DNA of 64,000 nucleotides from an uncultured delta proteobacterium (GTDB lineage Bacteria; Desulfobacterota; Binatia; UBA9968): NCBI GenBank assembly GCA_963755715.1, contig CAVWLW010000041.1, positions 32,001 to 96,000 of the forward strand, read 5' to 3'. Shown piece by piece: positions 61,008 to 64,000 of this stretch (position 1 is its first letter; each line of letters starts with the position of its first letter). The notes under the pieces were generated by a model. It saw only the letters and a program-made list of their open reading frames with translations, ran no database searches and was not told where the DNA came from. The position numbers and the translations under genes were made by a program.

Positions 61008-62051
61008 ATGTGCCCCAAAAAATACTGGCCCTGGCGGTTCATTGTTAAATTCCTGACCCTCTCGTTTATCGTTCCTGTTTCGACCTTCGCCCAGCCCGCG
61101 CCTCGTTCCGTCACGATCGGCTCGAATCCGCCCGGCACAGTATTTTACGCGCTGGCGAGCGGGCTGGCGAAGGTCGCAAGTGAAGGCGCACCGACACAAC
61201 TCGTCGTTCAACCCTATTCCGGCACAAGCACTTTTTTGCCTCTGCTCGACACCGGTGAGGTCGATTTCGGGATCAACAACGCGGTGGACATGGCGTTGTC
61301 CTATCAGGGACCGGTTCGTTTGAAGATCGGCGGGCGCAACCCATTTCAGCACACGCCCAATGTCAGGCTGGTCATGCGCGGCTCAATCCTAATGACAGCG
61401 CTGTTGGTCCGCAAAGACACACCGATGAAAACCATCCACGACATTCGCGGCAAAAGATTGACCGGAGAATATCCAGCGCAGCTCGCCAATTGGTACAACC
61501 TCTACGGATTTCTCGCCGGCGCCGGGATGAAATGGGAAGACGTACAGATCGTTCCAGTGCCTGGCGCTAACGAGGGGGTCGATGCACTCGTGCAGGGACG
61601 CGCCGATGTGGCATTGCACGCCATCGATTCGGCCAAAGTTAAGGAGGCCGATGCTGCGGTGGGCGTGCGCCATCTTTCTTTAGATTGCTCGCCCCAAGGG
61701 GAAAAGCGGCTTCGTGCGGCCGTACCCGGTTACTATCCCTACTGGCTCAAGCGCGGCCAGGCTAGCGCCATTGCCGAGGACACCTGCGTGAACGCGTACG
61801 ATATTTACTTGACGACGCATAAGGCGTCGCCGGAGAAAGTCGTTAATTCGATCCTCAAAAATATCTGGGACAACGTCGATAAACTCGCGCCGCTCCATCC
61901 CGGCTTTAAGGACTGGACGCGACAGCGCGCGGTCGATGCCGACGTGACGATTCCCTACCACCCGGCAGCGCTGCAGCTTTACAAAGAGCGCGGCGTTTGG
62001 CCGGCGAGTATGGATGACGCGCAGCGTCGGCTGCTCGCCCTCAATCCGTGA
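61008..62051 (+). CDS. TAXI family TRAP solute-binding subunit
   Basis: VTIGSNPPGTVFY; IPYHPAALQLYKERG. Confidence 0.88.
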   Translation: MCPKKYWPWRFIVKFLTLSFIVPVSTFAQPAPRSVTIGSNPPGTVFYALASGLAKVASEGAPTQLVVQPYSGTSTFLPLLDTGEVDFGINNAVDMALSYQGPVRLKIGGRNPFQHTPNVRLVMRGSILMTALLVRKDTPMKTIHDIRGKRLTGEYPAQLANWYNLYGFLAGAGMKWEDVQIVPVPGANEGVDALVQGRADVALHAIDSAKVKEADAAVGVRHLSLDCSPQGEKRLRAAVPGYYPYWLKRGQASAIAEDTCVNAYDIYLTTHKASPEKVVNSILKNIWDNVDKLAPLHPGFKDWTRQRAVDADVTIPYHPAALQLYKERGVWPASMDDAQRRLLALNP

Positions 62052-62373
62052 CGCCTTGATCGCAATCTTGGGAAGGCCGCATGGGCTTTCAAACTTGCCT
62101 AACTCTACTAACTCGCCTTCGCTGGAACTGTGAATTGGCACGCAAAATACACTTGAGTTCATCGCGCTATGTTGGTCCATTTCAGCCGGAATTTACCTGT
62201 TGTCCATGCGCGAATTTAACACAACTTAACCTCGAATAGTCGGAGCTAGAGAGACGAAGCTCTTTTCGAGCTTCAAACGTGCCGCCTTTTGAACGGCGGT
62301 GATCTTGGAAGCAGCGACGGCATTTTGAATCGGTTCTTACCATACGTCTGCTTCCATTTGGTGAGGAGGGACA

Positions 62374-64000
62374 ATGAAGCTTGAAGACTATCGGCCCGCG
62401 AACGCTTTTGACCAACTAACGCTGCGAGATCTTTTGGATGCTCGCGACCTCTATCACGTTCATCTCATGCAGCACCCCAATGTCGTGGCGACCGCGCTCG
62501 GACGGTATCGTATACGGAAGACGGACAGTTGGCCGAACCAGAAGGGACTAGGGAAAAAACACGGAACATTTCCACGTACACTCGAGAATTCAGAGGTACG
62601 GTACTACTCGTGGCCCGCTATTATGGTGTTCGTCAGCAGATGGGAAACCCCTCGTGAACTTGAGGCGAACGCTGGCGGCCTCATCCCAAAGACATTTTAC
62701 CTGCCTGACGGTCGTCGCGTTCCGGTCTGCGTCATTGAAGCTCCGAAAGAAGACGAGAATGAGGTTAAATCAATCGATATCCAATATCCCCTAAATAATA
62801 TCGGTGGCGGGTCGCTGGTGATAGCAGATTTGCAAGGCCGCGAGTATGCTGCAACGATTGCCTGCCTGGTGAGCGATGGACATACCGTCTACGCTCTCAC
62901 GAATCGACATGTAACGGGTTCCAGCGGCGAGGTCGTATATTCGCGTCTTGGCGGAAAGCTCGGCCGCATCGGCTCCAGCTCCGAAAAGCAACTGACGCGC
63001 GCTCCTTTTTCGACCATATATCCCACTTGGCCTGGCCGCGACGTGTACGTGAACCTCGACGTGGGACTCATCGAGCTGGATAATCTTGACCAGTGGACAG
63101 CCAACATTCGAAACGTTGGCCAGATGGGGAAAATGGTTGACCTCTCGGTCAACAACATCTCCCTCTCGCTGGTTGGGTCGCATGTGCGCGGCACGGGCGC
63201 TGCAAGCGGCCAGATGATGGGAGAGATTGCCGCGCTTTTTTACCGCTACAAAACGAATGGAGGCTTTGAATACGTAGCGGATTTGTTTATCGGTCCGCGC
63301 TCAAACGGCCGGTCACGCAAGGCGGCGGCGCAGCCGTTTGCCACTCATCCGGGCGATTCGGGAACCTTGTGGCTGCTTGAACCGATACCGAAAGAGAACA
63401 ACGGAAAACGCAAGGACGACAAAGATCCCGTGGAATATTTGCCGATCGCGATGCAGTGGGGGCGCAACATGCTCTATTCCGCTGGCGCCGCCAGACCGCA
63501 GAGCTATGTTCTCGCAACGTTATTGTCCCGGGTCTGCGCAGAACTCGGCGTCGATCCCATCCGCAATTGGAATCTTGACCAGCCCGATACCTGGAGTGCC
63601 ATAGGGCATTTCTCTGTCGCCGCTCGCGCCCAAAATGGTCTTTCCAACCGTCTGCCCAAACTTGTCAAATTGATGGGAAACAACGCGCTTATCATAAGCC
63701 ACGATGACGCCACAATTCTGGAAGGCGACTTCGTTGGAATGGGTGAAGCGGCGTTCGTTCCTATGGCGGATGTTCCTGACTTCTATTGGAAGCCGGGCAT
63801 AGCGAAGCAAGGTTTCGCCAGGCCTTTTGAGGGACCAAATCACTTTGCGGATATGGATCAGCCCGGGCCTGATGGAGAAAAAACGTTGCTCGACTTGTGC
63901 GAAGACGAGAGTTTCATCGATCCTGAGAAGTGGGACGAGTTCTACAGCGCGGTGGTCGATTTGATGGAGAACAAGCCGATTGAGGCGAAGCACCGCGGAC
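62374..64000 (+). CDS. NAL1-like trypsin-fold serine protease fused to an S1/P1 nuclease / Zn-phospholipase C domain (runs off window; not in ORF track)
   Basis: RBS GAGGAGG; 542 codons open to window end; LTNRHV (H179), NLDVG (D229), GDSG (S329); WSAIGH (W407, H412), ADVPD, NHFADMD. Confidence 0.85.
   Translation, partial: MKLEDYRPANAFDQLTLRDLLDARDLYHVHLMQHPNVVATALGRYRIRKTDSWPNQKGLGKKHGTFPRTLENSEVRYYSWPAIMVFVSRWETPRELEANAGGLIPKTFYLPDGRRVPVCVIEAPKEDENEVKSIDIQYPLNNIGGGSLVIADLQGREYAATIACLVSDGHTVYALTNRHVTGSSGEVVYSRLGGKLGRIGSSSEKQLTRAPFSTIYPTWPGRDVYVNLDVGLIELDNLDQWTANIRNVGQMGKMVDLSVNNISLSLVGSHVRGTGAASGQMMGEIAALFYRYKTNGGFEYVADLFIGPRSNGRSRKAAAQPFATHPGDSGTLWLLEPIPKENNGKRKDDKDPVEYLPIAMQWGRNMLYSAGAARPQSYVLATLLSRVCAELGVDPIRNWNLDQPDTWSAIGHFSVAARAQNGLSNRLPKLVKLMGNNALIISHDDATILEGDFVGMGEAAFVPMADVPDFYWKPGIAKQGFARPFEGPNHFADMDQPGPDGEKTLLDLCEDESFIDPEKWDEFYSAVVDLMENKPIEAKHRG

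Noticed and set aside
62137-62152. Sigma-54 promoter for the protease-nuclease gene (TGGCACGCAAAATAC)
   Set aside because: The -24 box is good but the -12 TTGC/GC is absent.
62791-63993. Short ORFs listed in the track at the window end
   Set aside because: All overlap the long + strand protease-nuclease ORF, which the track omitted, probably because it has no stop inside the window.
1-64000. CRISPR array, tRNA, rRNA, integron attC array
   Set aside because: No regularly spaced repeats with unique spacers, no cloverleaf or T-loop signature noticed, and no integrase; checked by eye only.

Overview
GC-rich bacterial chromosomal region. The gene content suggests Binatota/Binatia-like 'Deltaproteobacteria' (inference): 11 solute-binding proteins with no cognate permeases, 4 amidohydrolases, a Rieske oxygenase, hydantoinases and VOC proteins. 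I found no rRNA, tRNA, CRISPR array, integrase or intact transposase. About nine genes carry small indel frameshifts, probably consensus errors. The region is a mosaic of small catabolic and transport cassettes, three type II toxin-antitoxin pairs, several REP/MITE-like repeats and many gene remnants. Two signals stand out. (1) An ORF missing from the supplied track (62374 to past the window end) encodes a cytoplasmic NAL1-like trypsin-fold serine protease fused to an S1/P1 nuclease / Zn-phospholipase C domain. That domain's normally N-terminal Zn-ligand Trp (WSAIGH) is buried internally, suggesting a self-activating zymogen, possibly a defence or toxic effector. (2) Diverged duplicate 3' gene ends repeatedly flank inserted cassettes, in one case nested, suggesting serial homology-anchored gene acquisition without an integrase.
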